40,742 bases of DNA from Polyangia bacterium. Its GTDB lineage: Bacteria; Myxococcota_A; Polyangia; Palsa-1104; SHYY01. The stretch lies in NCBI GenBank assembly GCA_036263495.1, contig DATAGU010000185.1, positions 1 to 40,742 of the forward strand, read 5' to 3'. A model generated the notes under the pieces. The model had not been told where the DNA came from. It did not search any database and was given only the letters and a program-made list of their open reading frames with translations. Position numbers and translations under genes: made by a program. This document shows, in pieces, positions 29,099 to 37,735 of this stretch (position 1 is the stretch's first letter; each line of letters opens with the position of its first letter).

Positions 29099-30214
29099 AT
29101 GCTCCGTGCCCGCATCCTCTACTTCATGATCCTCGTGGTCCTGCCCGCGGCCTCTGTCACGGGTTGCAGCCAGGGGCGGGGCGCGCAGCTCGAAGAGCCG
29201 CCGGCGCTCGAACGCCACGGCGACCGCCTGACCGTGCCGGCGAACTCGCCCCTGCGCTCGCGCCTGCACGCCGAGGCGGTGGAGCTGCGCACGGTGCGCC
29301 GTCACTTCGTCGCCCCGGCCTCGGTGGAGGCGGACCCGGCGCGCGCGGCGCGCATCACCCCGCCGCTCGCCGGCCGCGTGGTGCGCCTGTTGGTGCACTT
29401 CGGCGAGTCGGTGCAGAAGAACGAGCCGCTCCTCGCGCTCGATTCGCCGGATCTCGTCGCGGCCCAGACCGATTACCTCCGCGCCAAGAGCGCCCTCGGT
29501 CAGGCCGAGCGCACGCTCGCGCGCCAGAAGGACCTCTTCGAGCACGGCATCGGCGCCAAGCGCGAGCTCGAGCAGGCGCAGACCGAGCGCGAGGTGGCCC
29601 AGAGCGAGCTGCAGCGCGCCGAGATCCGGCTCCATCTCCTCGGCATCGACCCCGGGCACCTCGGTGAGCCGCTGATGGTGCGCTCGCCCATCACCGGCCG
29701 CGTGATCGAGTTCTCGGTCGCGCCCGGCGAGTTCAGGAACGACCTCAGCATGCCGCTCATGACCGTGGCCGACCTCTCGACGGTGTGGGTCACGGCCAAC
29801 GTGCAGGAGAAGGACATCCGGCGCGTGCGCCCGGGGCAGGACGCCATCGCCACCTTCGCCGCGTACCCGGGTGAGTCCTTCCCGGGCAAGGTGCTCTTCG
29901 TCGGCGACCTCCTCGACCCCGAGACCCGCACGATCAAGGTCCGCATCGCCTTCGCCAACCCCAACCAGTGGCTCAAGCCCGGCATGTTCGCCACCGTCAC
30001 CTTCACCGAGACCGCGGCGGCCGAGGTGCTCGTGCCCACGAGCGCGCTCGTCCTGGTCGGCGACAAGAGCTACGTCTTCGTGGAGACGGGGCCCTTCGCC
30101 TTCGAGCGCCGCATCGTCGAGGCGGGCGAGCAGATCGACCACGCCACCATCATCACGAGCGGTCTTTCGGCCGGCGAGCGCATCGTCACCCGCGACGCGC
30201 TGCTCCTGCAATGA
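29099..30214 (+). CDS. efflux RND transporter periplasmic adaptor subunit (membrane fusion protein, CusB/CzcB-like); probable lipoprotein
   Basis: Start MLRARILYFMILVVLPAASVTGCSQ, a lipobox-like motif. HlyD/MFP architecture with the coiled-coil hairpin LRAKSALGQAERTLARQKDLFEHGIGAKRELEQAQTEREVAQSELQRAE and beta-barrel/MP domains. Immediately followed by the RND pump gene. Confidence 0.85.
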   Translation: MLRARILYFMILVVLPAASVTGCSQGRGAQLEEPPALERHGDRLTVPANSPLRSRLHAEAVELRTVRRHFVAPASVEADPARAARITPPLAGRVVRLLVHFGESVQKNEPLLALDSPDLVAAQTDYLRAKSALGQAERTLARQKDLFEHGIGAKRELEQAQTEREVAQSELQRAEIRLHLLGIDPGHLGEPLMVRSPITGRVIEFSVAPGEFRNDLSMPLMTVADLSTVWVTANVQEKDIRRVRPGQDAIATFAAYPGESFPGKVLFVGDLLDPETRTIKVRIAFANPNQWLKPGMFATVTFTETAAAEVLVPTSALVLVGDKSYVFVETGPFAFERRIVEAGEQIDHATIITSGLSAGERIVTRDALLLQ

Positions 30215-30224
30215 GGTGCGTCTG

Positions 30225-33200
30225 ATGTCCGGCCCCGCGGGAACGCCTCCAGCAGGACTCATCGAACGGTTCGTCTCCGTCTGTCTCCAGAAGCGGTGGC
30301 TCGTGCTGGCGGTCTTCGGCCTCATCGCCATCTTCGGCTATTACTCCTGGACCACGCTGGCCATCGAGGCCTACCCCGACATCGCCGACACCACGGCGCA
30401 GGTCATCACCCAGTACCCCGGCCACGCCGCCGAGGAGGTGGAGGAGCAGATCACCATCCCCATCGAGCGCGAGCTCAACGGCATCCCGGGCCTCCAGGTC
30501 ATGCGCTCGAGGAGCACCTTCGGGCTGTCGCTCGTCACGCTGGTCTTCCGCGACGGGGTCGAGGACTACTGGGCGCGGCAGCGCATCCGCGAGCGCCTGC
30601 TCGGGGTGGAGCTCCCGCCCGGCGCCGATCCCGGGCTCGACCCGCTCACCTCCCCCATCGGCGAGATCTACCGCTACACGCTGGAGTCGGAGTCGCGCGG
30701 CGAGCGCGAGCTCAAGGAGCTGCAGCAGTGGGTGGTGGTGCCCACGCTGCGCCAGGTGTTCGGCGTCGCCGACGTCACGAACTTCGGCGGCGAGACGACC
30801 CAGTTCCAGCTGCTCCTCGACCCGGCGCGCCTGGCCGAGTATGGCCTCTCGCTCCGGCAGGTGATCGACGCGGTGCAGGCGAACAACGCCAACGCGGGCG
30901 GGAGCGTGCTCGCGCGCGGCGACCAGAATTTCGTGATCCGCGGCATCGGCCTCATCCGCTCGCTCGAGGACCTCGGCAACATCGTGGTCACCCAGCAGGA
31001 GGGGACGCCGGTGCTCCTGCGCAACCTCGGCAAGCTCCAGCTCGGGGCGCTGCAGCGCAACGGCATCCTCGGCCGCGACAAGAACCCCGACGCGGTGTCG
31101 GGCATCGTGCTCCTCCTCCGCGGCTCGAACCCTTCGGTGGTGCTGGAGGGCGTCCACGAGAAGGTGGAGAAGCTCAACCACGGCATCCTGCCGCCCGACG
31201 TGCGGGTCGTGCCCTACCTCGACCGGACGGACCTCGTGCACACCACGCTGCACACGGTGTCGCACACGCTCCTCGAGGGGATGGGGCTCGTGCTCCTCGT
31301 GCTCCTCCTCTTTCTCGGCAGCCCGCGGAGCGCGCTCATCGTGGCCCTCACCATCCCGATGGCGCTCCTCATCGCCTTCATCCTGATGGCGGTGACGAAC
31401 ATCCCGGCCAACCTGCTCTCGCTCGGCGCCATCGATTTCGGCATCATCGTGGACGGCGCGGTGGTGGTGATGGAGAACATCCTCAGGCGCCGCGAGGAGC
31501 GGCCGACCGAGGTGCTCACCGAGGGGGACGCGCTCGGTGCGGCGCGCGAGGTGGCGCGGCCCATCTTCTTCGCCAAGGCGATCATCATCACCGCCTACAT
31601 CCCGCTGTTCGCGTTCCAGCGCGTGGAGAAGAAGCTCTTCTCCCCGATGGCCTACACGGTGGGCTATGCGCTCGGCGGGGCGGCGCTGCTCGCGCTCTCG
31701 CTCATCCCGGGCCTGGCGCTGGCGGCGCTCACCAAGCCGCGCCCGGTGTTCCACAACCCCGTGTTCCGCTGGCTCGAGGCGCGGTACAAGGCGCTCCTCG
31801 GTCGCGTGCTCGAGCGGCCCTGGCGCGCGCTCGGGCCGGGCCTCGCGGCGGCGGGGTTGGCGATCGTGCTCGGCATGGCGATCGGCAAGGAGTTCTTGCC
31901 GGAGCTCGACGAAGGGTCGATCTGGCTGCAGGTGCAGCTCCCGCCCGGGGTGACGCTCGCCAAGGGCAGCGAGATGGCGAGCGAGCTGCGCGCGGCCACG
32001 CTCGAGTACCCCGAGGTGGCGCACGTGGTCACGCAGCTCGGCCGCAACGACGACGGCACCGATCCCTGGACGCCGTCCCACATCGAGTGCTCGGTGTCGC
32101 TCCACCCCTACGACACCTGGCCGGCGGGCATGAACAAGCGCGATCTCATCCGTCAGCTGGCCGAGCGCTACCGGCGCATCCCCGGGCTGCAGGTGGGCTT
32201 CTCGCAGCCGATGGTGGACGGCGTCAACGACAAGATCTCGGGCGCCCACAGCGAGCTCACGGTGAAGGTGTTCGGCCGCGAGTTCGACGAGACGCGCCGC
32301 CTGGCCAACGAGATCGCGCGCATCCTCACCTCCATCCCCGGGGCGGTCGACGTGGCGGTGGACCAGGAGCCGCCCCTGCCGCAGCTGCGCATCGAGGTCG
32401 ACCGCGCGGCGGCGGCGCGCTACGGCATCAACATGTCCGACGTGGCGGACCTCATCGAGATCGCCATCGGCGGGCGCGCCATCGCGCAGGTCTTCCGCGG
32501 CGAGCGCCACTACGCCATCGTGGCGCGCTTCGTCGAGTCGGTGCGCAACAGCCCGGAGGCGATCGGCAACCTCACCCTGACCACGGCCAAGGCGCGCATC
32601 CCGCTCGCGCAGGTGGCCCGGATCGAGCTGCGCACGGGCGAGAGCACGATCACGCGGGAGTCGAACCGGCGCCACCTCACGGTCAAGCTCAACCTCCGGG
32701 GCCGCGACCTCTCGCGCTTCCTCGGGGAGGCTCGCGGCCGGCTCGGCCGCGAGCTCCACTACGACACGGAGAAGAACGAGATCGTGTGGGGCGGGCAGTT
32801 CGAGAACCAGCAGCGGGCGCAGGCGCGGCTCGGGCTCATCCTGCCGATGGTGCTGGTGCTCATCTTCCTCCTTCTGTATGGCGCGTTCGGCACGCTGCGC
32901 CACGCGGCGATCATCCTGGCCATGGTGCCGCTCGCGCTGCTCGGCGGCATGGTGGCGCTCATGCTGCGCGGGATGACGCTCAACGTGTCGAGCGCGGTGG
33001 GTTTCATCGCCCTGTTTGGCGTCTCGGTGCAAAACGGGGTCATCATGGTGTCGAGCATCCAGCAGCACCTGCAGGCCGGCCGCTCGGTGCTGCAGGCCAT
33101 GGCCGAGGGGGCGCAGGAGCGGTTCCGTTCGGTGCTGATGACGGCGACGATGGCGGCGCTCGGGCTCATCCCGGCGGCGCTGGCGCGCGGCATCGGCAGC

Positions 33201-33410
33201 GACGTGCAGCGGCCGCTGGCCACGGTGGTGGTGGGCGGGCTGGTCTCGGCGACGATCCTGACGCTGGTGGTGCTGCCGCCGCTCCTCTGCGTGGTCGAGC
33301 GGCGCTTCGGCCCGGGCGGCGCGAGGCGCGGCGGCAAGGACCGGGAGGCCGGGGCCTCGGAGGCGTCGGTGTCACTCGGCGAGGCGCAAGGCGAGCGGGT
33401 GGCGGGATGA
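30225..33410 (+). CDS. CusA/CzcA-family heavy-metal-efflux (HME) RND transporter permease
   Basis: 1061 aa with 12 TMs and two large periplasmic loops. The N-terminal region aligns with E. coli CusA as recalled: TQYPGHAAEEVEEQITIPIERELNGIPG...DYWARQRIRERL vs TSYPGQAPQIVENQVTYPL...DPYWARSRVLEYL. The ATG sits 10 nt after the MFP stop. Confidence 0.9.
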   Translation: MSGPAGTPPAGLIERFVSVCLQKRWLVLAVFGLIAIFGYYSWTTLAIEAYPDIADTTAQVITQYPGHAAEEVEEQITIPIERELNGIPGLQVMRSRSTFGLSLVTLVFRDGVEDYWARQRIRERLLGVELPPGADPGLDPLTSPIGEIYRYTLESESRGERELKELQQWVVVPTLRQVFGVADVTNFGGETTQFQLLLDPARLAEYGLSLRQVIDAVQANNANAGGSVLARGDQNFVIRGIGLIRSLEDLGNIVVTQQEGTPVLLRNLGKLQLGALQRNGILGRDKNPDAVSGIVLLLRGSNPSVVLEGVHEKVEKLNHGILPPDVRVVPYLDRTDLVHTTLHTVSHTLLEGMGLVLLVLLLFLGSPRSALIVALTIPMALLIAFILMAVTNIPANLLSLGAIDFGIIVDGAVVVMENILRRREERPTEVLTEGDALGAAREVARPIFFAKAIIITAYIPLFAFQRVEKKLFSPMAYTVGYALGGAALLALSLIPGLALAALTKPRPVFHNPVFRWLEARYKALLGRVLERPWRALGPGLAAAGLAIVLGMAIGKEFLPELDEGSIWLQVQLPPGVTLAKGSEMASELRAATLEYPEVAHVVTQLGRNDDGTDPWTPSHIECSVSLHPYDTWPAGMNKRDLIRQLAERYRRIPGLQVGFSQPMVDGVNDKISGAHSELTVKVFGREFDETRRLANEIARILTSIPGAVDVAVDQEPPLPQLRIEVDRAAAARYGINMSDVADLIEIAIGGRAIAQVFRGERHYAIVARFVESVRNSPEAIGNLTLTTAKARIPLAQVARIELRTGESTITRESNRRHLTVKLNLRGRDLSRFLGEARGRLGRELHYDTEKNEIVWGGQFENQQRAQARLGLILPMVLVLIFLLLYGAFGTLRHAAIILAMVPLALLGGMVALMLRGMTLNVSSAVGFIALFGVSVQNGVIMVSSIQQHLQAGRSVLQAMAEGAQERFRSVLMTATMAALGLIPAALARGIGSDVQRPLATVVVGGLVSATILTLVVLPPLLCVVERRFGPGGARRGGKDREAGASEASVSLGEAQGERVAG

Positions 33411-34705
33411 GGCGCCGCGTCGCCGGGCTGGTGCTCGTGTTGTGGATGTTCGGCGGGGGGCGGGCCGCGGTGAGGTGCGGCGGGCCGGCCTGGGCCGAGG
33501 AGGCGCGCGCGCTCCAGCTCGGCGAGTACATCGATCTCGTGGAGCGGCACAACCTGGCGTACGCGGCGCAGGGCTATGACCCGCGCATTGCCACGGCGCA
33601 GATCGACATCGCGCGCATCTTCCCGGACCCGCAGCTGAGCGGGGGCGCCGCCGCCCTCGAGATCACCCGCTCGGGCTACAACCCCACCACCACGCTGCAG
33701 CTCGAGTGGCCCATCGAGCTCGGCGGCAAGCGCGGGCACCGCATCGACGTGGCGATCTCGCAGCGCGAGGTGGTGCGCGCCGGGCTGGCCGACGCGCTGC
33801 GCCTCCTCCGGCGGGACGCGGCGCTCGACTTCATCGAGGCGCTGCGCGTGCGCCTCGTGCTCGAACGCAAGCGGCAGACGCTCGAAGGCTTCCGCAAGCT
33901 CGTGCACTTCAACGAGGAGAGCTTCCGCGCCGGGCAGGTGGGCGAGATCGTGGTCGTCCAGGCGCGCGTGGAGGCGCGGCGCTTCGCCGTGGAGGTGACG
34001 CGCGCCGAGGCCGACGTGCGCGCCGCGGACCTCCAGCTGGCGCTGCGCATGGGGCTCGGCGCGGACGCCGCGCTGCCGGGCGAACCCGCGGCCGACCTGC
34101 GCGTGGCGCCGCGTCACTTCGAGCTCGCGGCGCTCCTCGCCACGGCCGAGGAGATGCGGCCCGATGTCTTGGCCGCGCGGCGCAGCCAGGAGACCTCGGA
34201 GCGGCAGGTCGGGCTCGCGCGCGCCAACCGCTGGATCGACGTGTCGCTGACCGCGGGCTGGCAGCACGGCTTCGCCGGCGTGCTCCCCAACTACCCCAAT
34301 GTCCCCTTCGACATCCTCTTCTTCACGCTGGGCGTGCCGCTGCCCCTGTCGCGCGCGTACTACGGCGAGCTGAACGCGGCGCGCTTCGGCGCCGCGCAGG
34401 CGGACGTCCGGCGCAAGGCGGCCGAGCAGCAGGTCGCGATCGAGGTGCGGACCGCGCTCGCGCGCTACGAGGGGGCGGCGGCGGCGCTCGGGGAATACAG
34501 CGCCGGCCTCTTGGCCGATGCCGAGAAGGTGCTGGCCGCGAAGCTCTACGACTACGAGCGCGGCGGGGCCACGCAGCTCGAGGTCATCACCGCCCAGCGC
34601 GCGGTCAACGACGTGTACCTCGCCTACTTCGACGCGCTCGCCGAGCACGCCCGGGCGCTCGTCACCGTGCAGGCCGCGGCGGGTCTCTGGGACGCGCCGT
34701 TCTAG
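33407..34705 (+). CDS. outer-membrane efflux factor (TolC/CzcC/CusC family)
   Basis: The ATG overlaps the RND stop in an ATGA arrangement. Signal peptide MRRRVAGLVLVLWMFGGG. Two OEP-type repeats with coiled-coil segments. This completes an MFP-RND-OMF operon. Confidence 0.8.
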   Translation: MRRRVAGLVLVLWMFGGGRAAVRCGGPAWAEEARALQLGEYIDLVERHNLAYAAQGYDPRIATAQIDIARIFPDPQLSGGAAALEITRSGYNPTTTLQLEWPIELGGKRGHRIDVAISQREVVRAGLADALRLLRRDAALDFIEALRVRLVLERKRQTLEGFRKLVHFNEESFRAGQVGEIVVVQARVEARRFAVEVTRAEADVRAADLQLALRMGLGADAALPGEPAADLRVAPRHFELAALLATAEEMRPDVLAARRSQETSERQVGLARANRWIDVSLTAGWQHGFAGVLPNYPNVPFDILFFTLGVPLPLSRAYYGELNAARFGAAQADVRRKAAEQQVAIEVRTALARYEGAAAALGEYSAGLLADAEKVLAAKLYDYERGGATQLEVITAQRAVNDVYLAYFDALAEHARALVTVQAAAGLWDAPF

Positions 34706-34707
34706 CG

Positions 34708-34727
34708 CCCGCTCTAGGGTGAGCGGG
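34708..34727 (+). terminator. hairpin CCCGCTC–tagggt–GAGCGGG immediately after the OMF stop (terminator candidate without a U-tract)
   Basis: A 7-bp GC stem with a 6-nt loop, 3 nt after the TAG at 34703–34705 and followed by a G-run. Confidence 0.35.
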
Positions 34728-34789
34728 GGGGGTAGCGAGCGGGGAGCGGGCGGCGATGGCCATCGCCTGTCCGAGAGTCGGCAGATACA

Positions 34790-36697
34790 ATGCGCGCCAT
34801 GGCCTTCTCTCGTCTCTCCCTGTGGCTGCCGGTGACGGCGGCGCTCAGCGTCGCTCTCTCGGCCTGCGCGCCGCGCTTTCCTCGTCCCTTCACCGCGACG
34901 CAGTTCGCGACCGTGGGGACCGGCCAGGCGCTGGTGTTCTACTTGAGCCAGCCGGACGCGAGCGCCTCGGTCTGCGAGCCCAAGAACAACGGCCCTCACC
35001 TCACCCGCTTCGACGCGCCGACGATGCAGGCGCTGGTCACGGGGCTCGTGCGCGGCCGGATCGCGCCGCCGCTCTGGCAGCGCTGCGCCACCGCGCTCCT
35101 CGACGGGATGGACCCGCAGGGCGCGAGCCTCCTCCTCGACGCCATGGAGCAGGCCTACCTCAAGCTCGTGCGCGCCGGGAACCTCGACCGGGACGTGCTG
35201 CGCCAGCAGCAGCTCTCGGCGCTCCATGAGGTGCTGCTCAACCGCCCGTCGGGCATGCAGGCCAACCCGCGCACGCAGGAGCGGCTCACCCACGAGCTCG
35301 GCAAGGCCCTGGCCAGCGGTAGCCTCGGGACCACGGGGCGCAGCTACGCGAGCGACTTCGTGGCCACGATGGAGCTCGAGCGCGAGACCTGGCGCGGCCG
35401 GCCGGTGGACGAGGCCGCGCTCGATGCGCTCCAGGCCGAGAAGAACGAGCGCGTCCTGCGCCGCTTCGTGGCCCGCCTGTCGAACCCGGCGCTGCGCGAC
35501 CAGGCCAAGCGGCGCATCATCCGGCTGCGCATCGAGGCGTCACCCTTCCCCGAGGTGAAGGAGAGCGCCCAGGCGGTCGAGGACATCGTGCTCCAGAACG
35601 GCCGCTACCCCATCTCGACGCGCGACTTCCCGCCCGTGCGCGGCTGGCTGGATGGCGCCAAGGTGCCGCTCCGCGGCGTGCTGGTGCGGCAGCACGTGCT
35701 CGCCCGCGAGATGACGCTCTTCGGTCTGGGCGGCAGCCCGAAGGCCGAGCCGTCGGTGCTGCCGGAGCTCGATCTACGGGGGGCGCTGCAGATCGAGCTC
35801 ACCGGCCTCCCTCACCCGGTGACCCTGTGCGGCCCGCCCAAGGAGCTCGATCCCGCGCCCTGCGTGCCGGCCGAGGAGCTCATGATCGACAACCCCATGG
35901 CCTACCTCGACCGCGACGGCCGTTTCCACTTCGCCGAGCACATCCGCGCCGCCGACGTGCTGCCGCTCCTCGAGCGGGGCGGCAACTTCCTGTTGCCCGT
36001 GAACCTCGCCGGCCAGCAGCTGTTCACCATCCCGTGGTCCCTGTCGTTCGAGCGACCCAAGGACATCATCCTCACGGGCACCGGCCCCGGCGCGCCCGGG
36101 CCGAACCTCGGCATCGGCGTGGATCACAGAAACCCGCAGCGGCTCGTCTACACCATCAACACCGGGAGCGAGCCTCATTACGCGGTGGTGGAGCTCGCGG
36201 ACGCGAGCAAGTTCCACGTGACGAGCCAGGGGAACCCGGGCGTGGAGGGCGTGCCCGGGGGGCCTGGCTACAACGGCCGCCCCGGCCGTCCCGGGCGGCG
36301 CGCGCTGTGCCCCTCGGTCCCCGGGGAGCCTGGGGGCCCCGGCGAGAATGGCGGTCCGGGCGGCCCGGGCGGCCCCGGCGGTCCCGGCGGGCCGGGAGGC
36401 GACATCTCGGTGAGCGTCGATTGCGGAGGCCGCGGGTGCAATGACGTCCTGCCGCTCCTGTCGCGCTCGATCATCAGCCGCGGTGGGCTCGGAGGGCCTG
36501 GCGGCCCCGGCGGCCCCGGCGGCATCGGCGGACCCGGTGGGCCTGGGGGGCGTGCCACGAGCTGTGTGGCAGGTGGGCGGAGCTTTATCCTCCCGGCCGG
36601 GCGCAGTGGTCCTCCCGGACTCCCTGGCCCCACAGGGCCGCAAGGGCTGCGGGGACCCGACGGCCCGCCGGGCCGCATCGCGGTCCAGGTCCAGTAG
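34790..36697 (+). CDS. lipoprotein with a C-terminal collagen-like (Gly-X-Y / GGP) repeat region
   Basis: Signal plus lipobox LSVALSAC. The first ~470 aa form a globular, largely helical domain. The C-terminal ~150 aa contain [13 protein letters not shown] (x2 blocks) and a bona fide G-X-Y run, [22 protein letters not shown]. Confidence 0.7.
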   Translation: MRAMAFSRLSLWLPVTAALSVALSACAPRFPRPFTATQFATVGTGQALVFYLSQPDASASVCEPKNNGPHLTRFDAPTMQALVTGLVRGRIAPPLWQRCATALLDGMDPQGASLLLDAMEQAYLKLVRAGNLDRDVLRQQQLSALHEVLLNRPSGMQANPRTQERLTHELGKALASGSLGTTGRSYASDFVATMELERETWRGRPVDEAALDALQAEKNERVLRRFVARLSNPALRDQAKRRIIRLRIEASPFPEVKESAQAVEDIVLQNGRYPISTRDFPPVRGWLDGAKVPLRGVLVRQHVLAREMTLFGLGGSPKAEPSVLPELDLRGALQIELTGLPHPVTLCGPPKELDPAPCVPAEELMIDNPMAYLDRDGRFHFAEHIRAADVLPLLERGGNFLLPVNLAGQQLFTIPWSLSFERPKDIILTGTGPGAPGPNLGIGVDHRNPQRLVYTINTGSEPHYAVVELADASKFHVTSQGNPGVEGVPGGPGYNGRPGRPGRRALCPSVPGEPGGPGENGGPGGPGGPGGPGGPGGDISVSVDCGGRGCNDVLPLLSRSIISRGGLGGPGGPGGPGGIGGPGGPGGRATSCVAGGRSFILPAGRSGPPGLPGPTGPQGLRGPDGPPGRIAVQVQ

Positions 36698-36775
36698 TCG
36701 CTGCAGTGAAGCGGGGGCGCCGGCGCATCCAACTGGCGGCTGCCCCTGGGAGACGGACGGTTGTAGAATGAGCCT

Positions 36776-37519
36776 ATGATCATCGTCTACGGGAACCGCC
36801 TCTACGGCACTGTCGAGCGCTGCGGCACGAGCCGCATCGCCACCCGGTTCTTCCACATCTATGGAATGCCGCTCTTGCCGCTCGGCTCGGTGCTGGTGAC
36901 CGAGGAAGGCGAGGACAACAGCTACCGCGGCATCCCGCTCGGCCTACACCTCCGCTCGCTCCTCGCGGGCTACGCACGGCTGTGGCTGCCGCTCGTCGCC
37001 GTGGGGATGCTCATCGCCGCCCTGTCGGGCTCGGAGACGTACGCCATGGACGAGGAGGGGATCTCGGGGAAGGTCGTGGCCCTGGCAGGGCTCGGGATCG
37101 CGGGGCTGGTGGGCTCCATCTGGGCCTGGGTGCGGTTCGGTAAGCTGTCCCTCGAAGAGCGCGCGCAGCGGATGGTCTACGCCGACTTCACCGGCATCCC
37201 TGCGGACGTGGCGCTCCTCGGCGAGTCGCGGTCCTCGCTGCGGGAGAAGCTGCTCGCGCTGCTCGAGCAGCGCGCCCCGGAGGTGGCCGCCACCGGCTAT
37301 CGCATCGGCGTCGACGCCGCGGCGGGTTGGGACCGGGTCGCGCTCGAACCGTCGGTGCGCGACCGCAACTTCGTGGCCACGGCCTTCACGGTGGCCCGCC
37401 TCGAGTGGGCTCTGGCGCGCGGCCCGCGTCGCGCCGCCAGCGCCGAGCTGCACGCCCGGCTCTGGAGCAAGCTGCGGGAGCTCGATCCGAACGTCCTGGT
37501 GCAGGCCGAGACGATTTAG
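36776..37519 (+). CDS. hypothetical membrane protein (two TM helices)
   Basis: 247 aa. TM segments [17 protein letters not shown] and [20 protein letters not shown]. No recognisable family. Confidence 0.5.
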   Translation: MIIVYGNRLYGTVERCGTSRIATRFFHIYGMPLLPLGSVLVTEEGEDNSYRGIPLGLHLRSLLAGYARLWLPLVAVGMLIAALSGSETYAMDEEGISGKVVALAGLGIAGLVGSIWAWVRFGKLSLEERAQRMVYADFTGIPADVALLGESRSSLREKLLALLEQRAPEVAATGYRIGVDAAAGWDRVALEPSVRDRNFVATAFTVARLEWALARGPRRAASAELHARLWSKLRELDPNVLVQAETI

Positions 37520-37735
37520 CGCGCGGCACGGGTCCCTCGAACCACTCGACCCCCCGCCGCCTCGCCTCCGCCCTCGCTCCTCGTCCGTCCTCTGCTACGC
37601 CCCTCTGCTTCGCCTGGGCCAAGTCCCCCCCGCCGCCATGCATTCGCAGCCGGGCTGACGTGGTTTTCTGTTCATGGCAACTTGATCGGTCCAGGGCTTC
37701 CTGCCACGCTTGCCGTATCGGGTCGGGGTGTATGG

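Noticed and set aside
27011-33068. 1106-aa and 960-aa minus-strand ORFs (27011..30331, 30186..33068) and the 5' part of the 30296..34705 plus ORF
   Set aside because: These are antisense or out-of-frame shadows of the efflux operon. The real products are the MFP, the RND permease and the OMF. Only the 33407–34705 portion of the 30296..34705 frame is genuine.
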